In this document: one piece after another, positions 44,343-57,554 of the stretch
Position numbering within the stretch: position 1 is the first letter of the stretch
Layout of the letters: the number at the start of each line of letters is the position of its first letter
NCBI GenBank assembly: GCA_963693365.1
Contig: CAVNZM010000006.1
Span: 6,799,264 to 6,863,263 of the forward strand
From: Amoebidium appalachense
Lineage: Eukaryota; Protista; Ichthyosporea
Reading direction: 5' to 3'
DNA length: 64,000 nt
Notes under the pieces: generated by a model
Told to the model about the DNA's origin: nothing
What the model saw: only the letters and a program-made list of their open reading frames with translations
The model's database searches: none
Position numbers and translations under genes: made by a program

Positions 44343-44916
44343 TGAGCTTGATTGCGTGTGTGCATGTGTGTGTGTTCGTGTTTTCGTGTTTGATTGTATG
44401 TGGATGTGAGCGCATGGGTACTTGCATGTGTGTCAAGGCCAACAGGTGCTGCAGTAGGTTGATGAGTAGATTTATAACTGCGCCACTAATGTTGGTGCAA
44501 ACAGTTGTTTCATCTCTGCTGCTGCGTGGGGAGGTGGACAGCCAGGCATACGGCAGGATGAACTGCTTCGAGGTCATGGGGGACAGCGGCACCAAGTACG
44601 TGCATTGGGGGGGGGGGGGGGGGGGAGGGGGAGGTGGTGGTGGGGGGGGGGGGGGGGGGGGGGCACATAGGTGTGCGGGTGGGGGTTATGTGCGCACACA
44701 GACGTGCACAGGCATTGGGATGTGCAAGTGGATGGGGTGTGCGGCCGCTGCATATCTGCGTATACAGACGCCTCCTCCTTACTGTGATTTGCCTGGTGGG
44801 CTGTAAGATCAGAGCTTTAACACCGGGTGAAGTTGGGGAAGAAGGTTGGGGGGAGGTGGGGAAGAAGGGCGGGGGAAGGTGGGGAAGATGGAGAGGGGAA
44901 TGGAAGGGGTGCGGGG

Positions 44917-44947
<31 letters not shown>

Positions 44948-45885
44948 ACAGGGGGAGGGGGGAGGGTGTAAAAGGATATGTGTAGGTACTGATGGTGTTT
45001 GTCTTTTCCAGGATCGTACTGCAGGCACCCACGTCACAGGAGCTAGCAGAGTGGACCACCGTTATGGGCCTAGACCAGGTGTGCGCACAGTACATGCGCC
45101 TTATGTCTGTGCATGCTAGAGCATATAGTGCACTCTTGTTATATTGAGGAGAATGGGTGGTAATTGGGGGGAAGACGTTTTGGGGGAGGGGGAGGAGATG
45201 TTGAGCCTGTATCATATGGGGGGAGGAGGGGGAGGGCAAGGAGGAGGCTGGGGGGGGGGGGGGGAGGGGGGAAGAGGAGGGGGAAGTAAAGTGAGAATAG
45301 ACTGTATGTGTGGTATGTGTTGTGTTGTGACACTGGCTGCTCGTACATATGCGCGCGCGCGCGCGCGCGTGTGGGTGTGGGTGTGGGTGTGTGTGTGTGT
45401 GTGTGTGTGGAAGCTAACAGGTATGTGTGCTTTTCACCGCCAGCCGTCGGTTGCTACGGGCCACAGGGACAGCAGGAAGGAGGATCCACCACCAGACCTG
45501 GCAAAGTCGACTGGATCAAAATTCGGAGGTCAGAACCACTATTCCCTCGGGGGGAAGGAGGGGGAAGGGGGGGAGTGGGAGGACGGGGGGACGGGGAGGG
45601 AGTTTGGGGGGGGAGATGCTGACGTAAATGGGGTACAGTGACGGGGCTGGACAAGTCGGCCGTAGTGGTGGACATCATAGAGCTGCTGGAGAACCCAGGT
45701 GGGTGCTTGTGTGGGTGGGTGGGTGGGTGGGTGGGGTGTGTGTGTGTGGGTGGGTGGGTGGGTGGGTGGGTGGGTGTGCGCGGGGCGTGTCCGTGTGTGT
45801 GTGCGTGTGTGTGTGCTGTGTGTGGGTGTGGGTGTGGGCGGGTGGGTGTGGGTGTGGGTGTGGGTGTGTGTGTGTGTGCGTGTGC

Positions 45886-45930
<45 letters not shown>

Positions 45931-47647
45931 GGGAGAGGGGGGGTAGGGGATGTGATTTGGTAGGTAGGATGGGTGGATAGGTTCCCAGAAGGGGGTGGGG
46001 AAAGGGGGGGGGGGGGGGGGGGGGGGCTGCGGTAAGTGGAGGGGGTGGGCTGTGGAGTTGTGTGTGTGAGGGGGGTGTGGGTTAGTGTGGTGCGGCAAAT
46101 GTGGGTGGGTGGGGTTTGCTTTGGTGCTGGTGTATGGAGAATGCACTTGTGTGTGTGTGTGTGTGTGCGTGTGCGTGTGTGTGTGTGGGTGGGTGGGTGG
46201 GTGGGTGGGTGGGTGTGGGTGTGTGTGTGTGTGTGTGTGGCGCACTAAACGAGGTGCTGGCATGTGACAAATAAGGAGCCACTCGTTGTGTGGAGATGCA
46301 TAGAGGGAATAGTAGAGTTGTGCAGACAGGCACTGACGTGTGGGTGGGTGGGCCAGCGGACAATCTGGATGCAGAAGGTATCTACAGGGTGCCTGGGGGC
46401 AAGGCACGCGTAGAGAGGGCCTTGGAGACATACATGAGTGAGTGGCCCAGTGATACATACAAAACATATACATGTGCAAATGCATGCACAGCACGTGCTT
46501 GTACAAGTGCGCACACATGTGCACAATGCATATGCACGCATATGCATTTGCACAGCAACACACAGCATGCTCATGTGTAGTGTTCACAGCATGTGCATGT
46601 ACGGATGTGCACACATGCACATGTGTAGTGTTCACAACAAGTGCAGGCACGTGCACATCACACATGCACATGTGTAGTGTTCACAACAAGTGCAGGCACG
46701 TGTATATCACACATGCACATGTGTAGTATTCACAGCATGTGCAGGCACGTGCATATCACACATGCACATGTGTAGTGTTCACAACAAGTGCAGGCACGTG
46801 CACATGCACGCACAGCTAGCACTAAATGTACAGATGTGCACAGATGCACGTGCACATGCAGCACCTGCATGTACATTTGTGCACACATCCGCACATACAT
46901 TCCGATACATCTGCACATAGGCATGGTTGGAGCATCATTTACCTCCACAAAGGGGGACATAGCAACATGAGATGCTGAGACACACAACCACCCTGTTGCA
47001 GACGCCCACACCCGCAAACCACGCATGTATCAACGGGGAAGGGACTTGCCTGTAGGGCATGGAGAATGTCTGTGTTCAGTGTTCAATGCATGTTGATGTA
47101 GCACAGAAAACGCATTGAAATTGGTTGGGAGCTGCAACAGTATGGCTTTTAAATGATACAGAAGTTGACTCGGTATATGTTTCTGTCCCAAGGAATGTGT
47201 GCGGGGTTGCACGTCCGTTATATTTGTGGGTGTTTTGGGAGGGGAGGGAGGGAGGAGGAGCTGGGGGGGGGGGAGGAGGGGGGGGGTTTGAGAGAGAAGA
47301 GGGAGGGAAAATGGAAGAAAAAAGGGGGAGAGAGGAGGAGAGCGTGTGTGTGTGCGCGTGCTTGTGTGTGTGTGCATGTGAGTGTGTGCGTGTGCACGAG
47401 TGTATGTGTGTACATGTGCTTATGATGCATGCCATGTGATCTGCAGAGAACCCCAGCACCGGGCTCACCATGCTGAAAGAAGAGTGTGACGTGCCCACCC
47501 TTGCGTCTGTGCTCAAACTGTACCTGAGAGAGCTGCCCGATCCCCTTATGACCCATGCAAAGTACGACGCATTCTTCCAGGCCTCGAGTATGGATTCGTC
47601 TCCATCCCCACCCTGACACGTGCACACACGTGGAGAGATAAAGAGAG

Positions 47648-47682
<35 letters not shown>

Positions 47683-48703
47683 GAGGGAGGTGGGGGGGGG
47701 GGGGGGAGGGCCGGAGGGCGGGAGGGAAAGATGTGCGCACGCACACACATACTCACTCACTCACTCACACACTCACACACACATTTAGCTTCAACCCCAA
47801 TGGGGAAAAAATGTCTTATCGACTGGATGGCCTGGAATTCACGTTCCCTTTTCTTTGTCTGTCTTACCCACTTGCCATGTGACACTTCTGGTGTTCCGTT
47901 TTTTTTTTCCTGGCCCATTGTTGTATGATGTTTTCCCCTTCTCTCCGCGTTTCGAAGTATCCCGCCTCTCCTCTTCCTTACCCCAAGATTACCTGACCTA
48001 CACCACCATCATCACGGCCTACTTGTTTGTGCTGGTTACGAAGTATGAAAAAGCAGTGACTCTCCGTGTGGAATTGGACGATTGGGGTGCGGTGTAAGTG
48101 TTTGTGGGTAGGTGGGTGGATGGGTGGGTGGGTGGGGGTGGGAGTGTGGGGGTGTGTGTGTGTGTTGGTGCGTTCGCGTCTGCTCATATCATACTCTTGT
48201 AGTCTTTGTCTTGCTCTCATATATTTGTTATTGTCACCGGTGTTTGTGTGCCTTTGCGCCTGCACATGTTCGTATCATTATTCTGTGGCCTCTCGCCACC
48301 TTCTTCTCTGCTTCTCTGCTTCTTCTTCCCCCCACCTAATTTTTCCGGGGTGTTTTGCAAATGTAAATCGCTCAGGGTTTTCTTTTTGTTACGTTTTTTC
48401 TTGTTTTCTTCTTCTTCCCCCCACCTAATTTTTCCGGGGTGTTTTGCAAATGTAATTCACCCATTTTTTCTTTTTGCTCACGTTTTTTTTGTTTTTTTTT
48501 TTGGTTTAAACAGAGATTGAGGACCAGGATGAGCGGGCAATGGCTGTACTGGAGCTGATAGACGACCTGCCCCCTGACAACCGCCGCCTACTGCAGATAT
48601 TGTGCCAGCACCTGACAAAGTACGTGTGTGTGTGTGGGTGTGTGTGTGTGTGTGGCGGGGGGGGGGGGGGGGGGTCTGTGTGTGTGTGTGCGTGTGTGTT
48701 TGT

Positions 48704-48787
<84 letters not shown>

Positions 48788-48991
48788 CTAATTTCTTCAG
48801 CTTTTTTTTCCCGCTACCTGCATGCTAAATACTGCCCTTTGTGCTTTTATCTTTTTTAAAAATCTTAACTTTCATGTGGCCATCTTCTCATGCATATATC
48901 ATCTTCCCTCCCCCTCCCCGCTCCCTCCTTAAATGCCTTGTGGTTTTTTTTGTTTTTTTGGTTTTTTTGGGTTTTTTTTTTTGGTTTGGGT

Positions 48992-49054
<63 letters not shown>

Positions 49055-49383
49055 ACAATTCACCAGAGGCATGGCCGGCAGCTGGGGAAATGTTTCTATG
49101 CCATCACAAACAGTGCTTTGCATTCAAATTTGTGAGCGTGCTTGTATCTCGCAATCTTAGACCATATAAAATACGTGCATTCCACAACATTCCACAGCAT
49201 TCAATGATGCCCATTTCTGATTGGTTGGTTTTAGGGTGGCAGCACGTGCCGAGCACAACAAGATGCAGGCGGCTAACCTGGGGGTGTGCCTGGCCCCATC
49301 CATCCTGCGGGCTAAGATCGAGGACATGTCAGACATATACAACATGAAGTACCTTGTAGGTGCAAACACACACACATGCATGC

Positions 49384-49446
<63 letters not shown>

Positions 49447-49773
49447 TGCATGCACATACACACACACAAATGCGTGTGTGCACGCGACCATGCACACACA
49501 TGCACACACACACATCCACCGAAGCCCCCACACAGTCTTTCCTTGCTTCCTCCCCCCACCCCACCCCCCCCCCCACGCACACACACACACACACACACGT
49601 GCCCTTTTTGTGTCTGTTTGGTTTGATTAAGTATGCCATGTGGTGGTGGTTGTGTTACCTACTTCCATCCCTGGCCATGCTCCCCTGGGCTTTTTTACAA
49701 CGGGCAGATTATCCCAGGATCCACATGCATAGATGCATAGACCGCTTTCCACACACACGCACACACACACACA

Positions 49774-49834
<61 letters not shown>

Positions 49835-51472
49835 CCCATGTCCCTCTCTCTCTCTCTCTCTCTCTCCCCCCTCTCTCTCTCTCTCTCTCTCCCTCCCTCC
49901 CTCCCCCTCTCTCCTCTCCCCCCCCTCTCTCTCCGTTCCCCTCTCTCCCTCTCTTCTCAATGGCACTCCCTAGGCTACTCAAACCTGCTTGCACACATAG
50001 CACTTTCCATTGCCCCCCCCCCCCCCCCCCCCCCTCTCTCTCCCCACCTTCTTTGTGCTGATGGTTTTATGTGCACGTGGCCACCTTCACATCATAGTGT
50101 GTCACTGTGTGGCAAGGGGCACACCATGCAGATGGTGTAGAGCACTTACCGGGGTGTGTGTCTGCAGAACGGTATTCTCACCATGCTGATCGAACAGTAC
50201 GACTTCTTCTTCGGCAACGAGGGGTAGGTTTTTTTGCAGGGAAAGAAAGAAAAGATGCATGCGTGGTTTTTGAGCTCTTGAGCAAGGTGCATGGGGAGTA
50301 AGCATGTGAAAGGACGGAGAAAGGCTGGCCTGTTTGGGTTTTTCGTGCACACGTGTACACGTGCACGCACCCAAGCACGTGCACACACCCCCGCACGTGC
50401 ACACACCCAAGCACGTGCACACACCCCCGCACGTGCACACACCCAAGCACGTGCACACACCCACACACGTGCACACACCCCGCACGTGCACACACCCACA
50501 CACGTGCACACAACCACGCACGTGCACACACCCACACACGTGCACACACCCCACGCACGTGTCTTACCCTGGTGTGTGTGTCCACAGGCCGCATGGGCGT
50601 CGGCCATCCCAGACGGAGGCACCCCCAAGCCCGTCTGCTCCGGCCACTGCACCCCCAATCCCTGTGCGGCAAAACCACGTCAACAGGTTGTTGTTTGTGC
50701 CCAAAATCACACAAATACCTCATTGTTCCCAATGATAGTTCATGATGGCTTATGTGTAGATGTCCCCAACACCGCACACACGTACACACATGCACAGACA
50801 AGACATGCAACAAGCATGTTATTACGTGGGATCAAACAGCATGCATTTTTTTTTTTTTGTTTCCGGGGGGGAGAGGGGGGAGGGGAGGGGAGGGGGGAGG
50901 CAAAGGGGAAGGCAAATGAGTGTGTGTGAGGAGAAAAGAAGGGGTTGTTGGGGGGGGGGGGGGGGGGGGATGTCTTTGTATGGTGAAAGGGCAAGAGATC
51001 TCACTGTCCGTTTGTGTATTAATTGTCAGCGGGAAGGAAGGGGGGGGGGGGGGGGGGGGGGGGGGGTAGTGTGTCGGCTTAGACTCGTGGGCATGTAGGT
51101 AGCCAGGTATCAGGGTGTTTATATGGCTGTGGGGGGGGGGGGGGGGGGGGGAGGGGGGGTGTTGTATTGCTGCATGTGGTTGTGTCTACTGACAGGCAAT
51201 GTGTATTGCACAGTGCAAGCAGGCAGCGGCTTACCGAACGGCGCACGTGGTACAACACACAGTCCACTAGGAGGCGACCGGCACCCCCAATGGTGTGCAA
51301 GATACTCAGTGTCTGTGTGTGGAGGGACTGTATGTGTGTGGATGCGTGGGTGTGTGGGTGGGTGTGAGGGGGGAGGGGCGGGGGGGGGGGGGGGAGGAGA
51401 AGGGGGTGGAGGGGGTGGGGGGGGGGGGGGGATGACGTATTTCTCTGACACTGTGTGTTAACGCTGTGTGTG

Positions 51473-51532
<60 letters not shown>

Positions 51533-52910
51533 CTGGTGTGGTACATGTGGTTTGTTTATCTCTCTAACACAGTGTGTGTGCGGTGTAAGGGCTGTAGGGT
51601 GTCGGCCTGTGTATCTGAGTAACAGTCAGTGTTAGTCTTATGTCGCCGGTATGTCAACACTAAGTCAGTAGGGTTGTGTGTACCCAGACGAGAAAATGTG
51701 GGAAGTGGTGGGGGTGTGTGTGGGGGGGGGGGGGGGGTTGGAAAGAGTGGGTGGAAGCAAGAGAGGGGGGAGGGGGGGATGTGGAGTTTGGGTGTTATGT
51801 ATCTATGACTTACATATGTGGGTGGTGTGATCAGCCCGAGGCTGGGCGGCTACGCAGCAAACAGAGCAGGGCCGCACTGGATACTAGGCACATGCCCCAG
51901 CCACCAACCAGTCCCACAGGTACCTCATGTGCATATGCATCGCCATTAGTGTGATATCGTGATGGGTGGGTGGGTGGCTGGATGTAGGGATGGGTTAGGT
52001 GGGCGGGTGGGTGCGAATGTGTGTTGGGTGTGGTTGGGTGGGTGGGCGGATGAGTGCGGGTGTGGCTAGTTGCGTGGGTGTGGGTGGGTGTGATGAGGGT
52101 GGGTGGGTGGGTGTATGTGTAGACGTGTGTATGAGTTTGTGATGTGATGTGTGCATGTATGTCTGTGTGTGTGTTGTTGTCTGTGCGTCTGTGTGTGTCT
52201 TGTGTCTGTGCCTGTGTCTGTGTCTGTGTCTGTGTTGTGATTACAATCTTGTTGGTGGCTTGGGGAATCGAGTAAGGTCGTAGGAGTAAGGGGTGTATGT
52301 AGCAGTGGGTGGAGTGGGTGTCTTTATAATGTGGTCGGGGGGTGTACATGTTGCCGGATTATAGATATATGAGCATAGTGGTGGTTGTCATTTGAGCCTC
52401 ACTGTGTCCATGCAGGTGGCGATGGTACCGCAGCCGTATCTGTCGGTGCCAGTGGTGTGGCCCGGGCCTCGGCATCATCTGCATTCGAACAGGGCCAGGC
52501 CTCACCAAGCAGACCACCACCCCCACTACCTCAGCGCCTATCGAAGCAGCAGCAAGGTGACCAGGCGGCAAAACCTGCACCACAGAGGTGCGTGATGAGA
52601 GGGGGGGGGGGGGGCCGGGAGGGAGGGGAGGGGGGGGGGGGGGGGGGGGGGGGGACACGTGTATGATGGGATGAAATGCTGGGTGTGTGTGTGTGCTGTG
52701 TGGTTTCTTGTTGAAAAGGGGGGGGGGGGGGAGGGGGGGGAGGTAATATGGGAATGTGATAGTGCAAGGTTGTGGTTGATGGTGGCATGGCCAAACTTTC
52801 AAAGGGCATGCAGTACATTTATATATACATGTGTGTGTGTGTGCAGTGGGCCTGCAACACCAGCGCGGACAGGGGGCAAGCTAGCGGTCAGGTGGCCACC
52901 GGAATCATAG
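35687..52910 (+). CDS. GRAF/oligophrenin-1 family BAR-PH-RhoGAP (~758 aa), proline-rich tail, no SH3 found
   Basis: Exons 35687-35846, 36619-36711, 37385-37449, 38242-38310, 38979-39059, 39664-39771, 40424-40528, 41245-41307, 42622-42712, 43344-43441, 43939-43975, 44505-44595, 45012-45078, 45444-45528, 45639-45698, 46357-46437, 47447-47587, 48514-48619, 49235-49355, 50168-50223, 50588-50686, 51214-51292, 51835-51919, 52416-52587, 52847-52910. Phases join throughout (2,277 nt). BAR: PLEYAEAEYDSPKLR and IGQMTDDE. PH: KEGLVLM..W..NCFEV..LQAPTSQELAEW. RhoGAP: EGIYRVPG (arginine finger), ASVLKLYLRELPDPL, NKMQAANLGVCLAPSI. The low-complexity tail exons are less certain. Confidence 0.88.
41331..41500. 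mobile_element. Degenerate pogo/Tc1-type MITE, about 170 bp
   Basis: Imperfect TIRs CAGTCACCGCTCGATATAACG and CAGTAACCGGGGGTTATAGCG (reverse complement; 15/21 match). TA flanks the left end; the right flank reads CA. Confidence 0.55.
41612..42027. mobile_element. Non-autonomous piggyBac-like element, 416 bp
   Basis: TTAA on both sides. TIRs CCTCTTGAGATCCG and CCTCTAGAGGACCG (11/14 match). The interior is AT-richer and microsatellite-free, unlike the host intron. Confidence 0.7.
50348..50562. repeat. Minisatellite of 18-19 bp units, each carrying CACGTG
   Basis: Unit about GCACGTGCACACACCC(A/C)(A/C); roughly 13 CACGTG hexamers. Confidence 0.85.
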
Positions 52911-54411
52911 GCACCGCAAGTTGCTGGTGGTCAACGTGGTCGGAACGGCACTTTTCCGCAGTTCCAGAATCACGCGGGCCGCAAGGAGGGCATGATATTA
53001 CGACGCTTCCTTCCCTCTTCCGGCCGTTTGGTTTTCTTGTTCCGGCTGTTCTTGAGAGGTTGGTGGGGGGGGCATTCATCCTTATTGATGTTGAATGATG
53101 AATTGTGAATGGAAAGACAAAGATATAATGGTAGCTGCCTACTGAGTGCAGTTAAGGTGACTCGGCTAGTAAGTTACATCATAATTGAAATGAGCCTGGA
53201 CAACTTAAGTTGGGTGGCACGCCAGAGGTGGCTGATGATAAAATGTTGAACGGGTGCTGGTGGTACCCCCATATTTAGCTGTCTGTGTACGCAACCTAAT
53301 GTTATTAATATACGGGTCTAAGTAAAAACCGTGTTGGTGTGCCCCGATGAGGTGCTATACTGTTATGCAATGGTGATGCATCTGGGCTTCTCACTGCACC
53401 ACATCCAATATCCAGCGGTGAGAGAGGGATGGTGGTGGGTGGCTGACCCGGTGATTAGTGATTAGTAGTGCAATTTATGTGTGCCCATAATGTGACATAG
53501 GCGCATGTGGATTGCTACCTGAGGGTTGGTGGCTTACATGTGTCTGTACATGACTTCACATGTACAATAAGTCCCTCCCCCCCCCCCCCCCCCCCCTCTC
53601 CCCCCCCCCCCCCCCCCCCCCCCCCCCTGGCCCGCCCGCCTCTGCTGCCATTCGAAATGCACAACAGCTAGACTGTGCAAACGTATATCAATGATTCAGT
53701 AGACCTTGAGGTTCTTGTCAGCCCGTGGGGTTAGGTGAACATCCGGTATATATGCACATGCACATGTGCATTCTCATCTGCATACCGTATCAGACTGAGT
53801 GATGCATATGCATGCTTTGTGGTCGATTCACTAGGGCTTGGGCCATCCCACGACCAGCCGTGACCGGTGCTGCATGCGCAGCAATATAACACAATGTGTA
53901 CTGTATGCTGTAGAGCCTGTGCCCTGACTTCTGCATATACTGCATATGCATGGTTTGTGTATCAGGTAAATGGGCCATTGCATGACGGGTGTGTACATGT
54001 GTATAATACGTGCTTTTCAGGGCTTCATGTGCCCCGGTGGCGGCCGTAGGATTGTGCACTGCCTGCAAGGGCCCTTGAATGATATTCGACTCCCAGCTGT
54101 GCATTTGGCATATAATGGGTGGCAGAAGAAGCCTTATGCATGCTTCCTTTAGTGAATTCGGAATTTAAAGTTTTTGAACTTGAGATTTCAATGATATCGA
54201 TACGTGGAGCATCGGATATATATTCTAAGGGGTTTACGCTGTTTACTCGAGGCAAAGAGAGACCAGTCTCAGGTATGGGGGGGTTTTGCTCGGAATATCC
54301 CCTCAGCGGTATATCATGATCACGTACATAGATGTCGGGTGATGACTATACATCAGGTTTTACTTTCTCTACGAGACACCATAAAGACTAAGAGAAATCG
54401 GTATCAGCTGG

Positions 54412-54452
<41 letters not shown>

Positions 54453-55293
54453 CGTGCACTTAGAATTTTGTAGTGATGTGTTTCTCAAGCCAATCAATAC
54501 ATCTAATAAACAGGTCGTAGTTACGCGTGTTTAGTATAAAATCAAGGATGTTGTAATTTACAGGTAGGCTATCTTTCTGGGTGTCTGTTGTGAATGTGAC
54601 GTGTGTGTGTTGCGGTATTATGTGGTCTATCAAACTACATTTGGCGATACATGACCGTTTAAACTGGTGTGTGTGTGTGTTGTTTGGGCATGCAAACGAT
54701 GCCACCTTATTATACTTACTAAAGATCTCCACTGTATAGCACGTGTACAGTAAAAGCGTGGTAATTGATCAATAATACCATCAGCTAGAGAAGGGCCAGT
54801 TCTACAGGAAGGTAATATGTATTTAGGTGTTATACATTTGCGAGTGCCATATTTGGCAATATGGTTGAGGCGGTCAGTATATAAAACGAGACATAAGTCT
54901 TAGTTTTTCAAGGTGTCTGCTTTCATCGGGTCTAGTGTCGTGTGGTATCTTTTTCCATTTGTTATATTGCGTGACTATCTTGTGATTGTGTACATGTTTA
55001 ATAAGTAAGTGGCAGTCCAAAGTCACACACACTTTTGCGGGGTTTATTTGTATTTGTGCCCAATATATTTCTTTTAGTTTTATTTAAGGGGCCCGAATAC
55101 ACACATATTTATCTAAGGGTAGTGGTCAATTGCAGCTGGAGTTGTCATCTTACGTACAGCACCATAGTACCATCAGAATATTGCGGAGTGCCGGCCCAGA
55201 TGCACCGGGTGCAGTGGTGGTGGTGGTGTACGTGTGTGTGTGTGTGTGTGCATGTGTGAGCTTGTGTACGTGTGTGTGTGTGCGTGTGTGTAC

Positions 55294-55328
<35 letters not shown>

Positions 55329-55482
55329 CGCACGCGCGCGCGAGCGTACGCGTGTGTTTGTGATCGGTGCTGGTGGTGGTGTGTGCGTGTATGTGTGTGT
55401 GCGCGCGTGGGCGCCATGGTGGTGGTGGTGCTGCTGCTGCTGCTGGTGATAATGTGCGGCAGTGTGTGTGTGTGTGTGTGAC

Positions 55483-55527
<45 letters not shown>

Positions 55528-55609
55528 CACTGTGTGTGTGTGACACTGTGTGTGTGTCACAGTGTGTGTGTGTGTGTGTCACGGTGTGTGTGTGTCTGAT
55601 GGTGGTTCG

Positions 55610-55677
<68 letters not shown>

Positions 55678-55687
55678 GTGTGTGTGA

Positions 55688-55718
<31 letters not shown>

Positions 55719-56419
55719 ATGGTGGTAGTTTTTTTTTTTTTTTTTTTTTTTTTTGGGGGGGGGGGGGGGGATTATAACAACAATAGTACTGTTGCGGTTA
55801 CGATGGACTGGCTCATTCGAAACTTTTGAAATGAACACCTACATGTACATATTGTGGGGCCTTTGATTAATAGATAAATTTTACCAGCACTGGCCGGCAG
55901 CATCCGAATATGGCGGTTGCTCTACACGTGACCGGCATGGCCACTACGGCACCGTCGAAATAAAATCAGCTACGTCTTGGCAACATTTACATCGTCGCTA
56001 CTTGCGTGCATTACAATTCCATCATTGAAACACTCACTGGCTACATGTGCCAACACTGTCTGTGCAGTAACGTCAGTAATTTATTGTCAGTCATTATATT
56101 CATTAAAAGAACGCGAAATAGAGGCAAACCTCACTTCGAATCTAAAGCTTCACTAAATCAACATACGGGGGGAAAGTAAAAACCTTTCGAAAACTGTTTG
56201 TGAACAACTCTCATTAAAAAAAAAAATAGAAAGAGAGAGGGAAAGAAAGGGGGGGAATGTACAGGGAAAGGGTGATTCCATCGGAGACTAACGTGCGGCA
56301 CTGCCACATGGCGAAAATAGAAAAATAGAAAAATAGAAAAAGGGAAATATAAAGAGGGGGCAACCGGGGTTCCGAAAGGGGGCAAGATGGCGATTCCAAC
56401 TGACATTAGCCACTGCCAC

Positions 56420-56715
<296 letters not shown>

Positions 56716-56988
56716 GGGGGAGGGGGGGGGGGGGGGGAGGTGGTTCCAAAGGGGGGCAAAAGAAAAGAAGAAGAAAAAAGGAACAAAAAAGAGGGGGCAG
56801 GGCAACAGGGACCCCAAAGGGGCACATGCCTTACATTGAATCTCCTTTTCTTCTTGCATGCCAGTAGCACATGCATATCTCATCACAGCCACTGCAACAC
56901 AAACCCTTTGCACACTTCGAGAAAATGTTACTGAATCCGCACATGCACATACACAACATGAGCGTATACGGTGCTCCTCACCAGCAAA

Positions 56989-57514
56989 CTATTCGTCACC
57001 CTGTGGTGGTGGGCCATAAGTAGCCTCGTAGTGTCTCAGCCTGGCCGCCAGGGACTCGACCTGGGCCTTGAGGTCATCATTAACGGCCACCAGCCCACTG
57101 ACTTGCTGCTGCAGGTCACTGATCAGCTGCTTGCGTCGGTAGCGGCACCTGAGAGGGACAGGGGTGTGTTGTTAGTAAAGAGAGGGGCGGGAGGGGGGAG
57201 GGGGGATTTAAAGAGGACGAAGGACACATTCACAACGGAAAAAACAATGCAGAGTGGGGGTAAATGCGACAAGCTCTGTTGCTCCATGTGTGTGGGTGTG
57301 GCATGTTGGGAGGGGTTGTGGGGACCTAATAATAAGGTAGACGAATCTTTGTACACGAGTTGCAGATGAAACGACCGTGGGTTATTTCAGCCCTGTCCAC
57401 TGAGCCCTCAATCTAATCCAAGAATGTCTAGTGGAAAAAATGACGTCAGGAAGGAGTTTGATGTTAAAAAAAACGGTAAATATAGTAACAAAAGAGAGGG
57501 AGGGGAAGAAAAGG

Positions 57515-57554
<40 letters not shown>

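Noticed and set aside
54227-54252. Shared ~25-nt motif with 25621-25646 (AAGGGGTTTACRCTGTTTACT)
   Set aside because: Too short to define an element; no termini or further homology seen.
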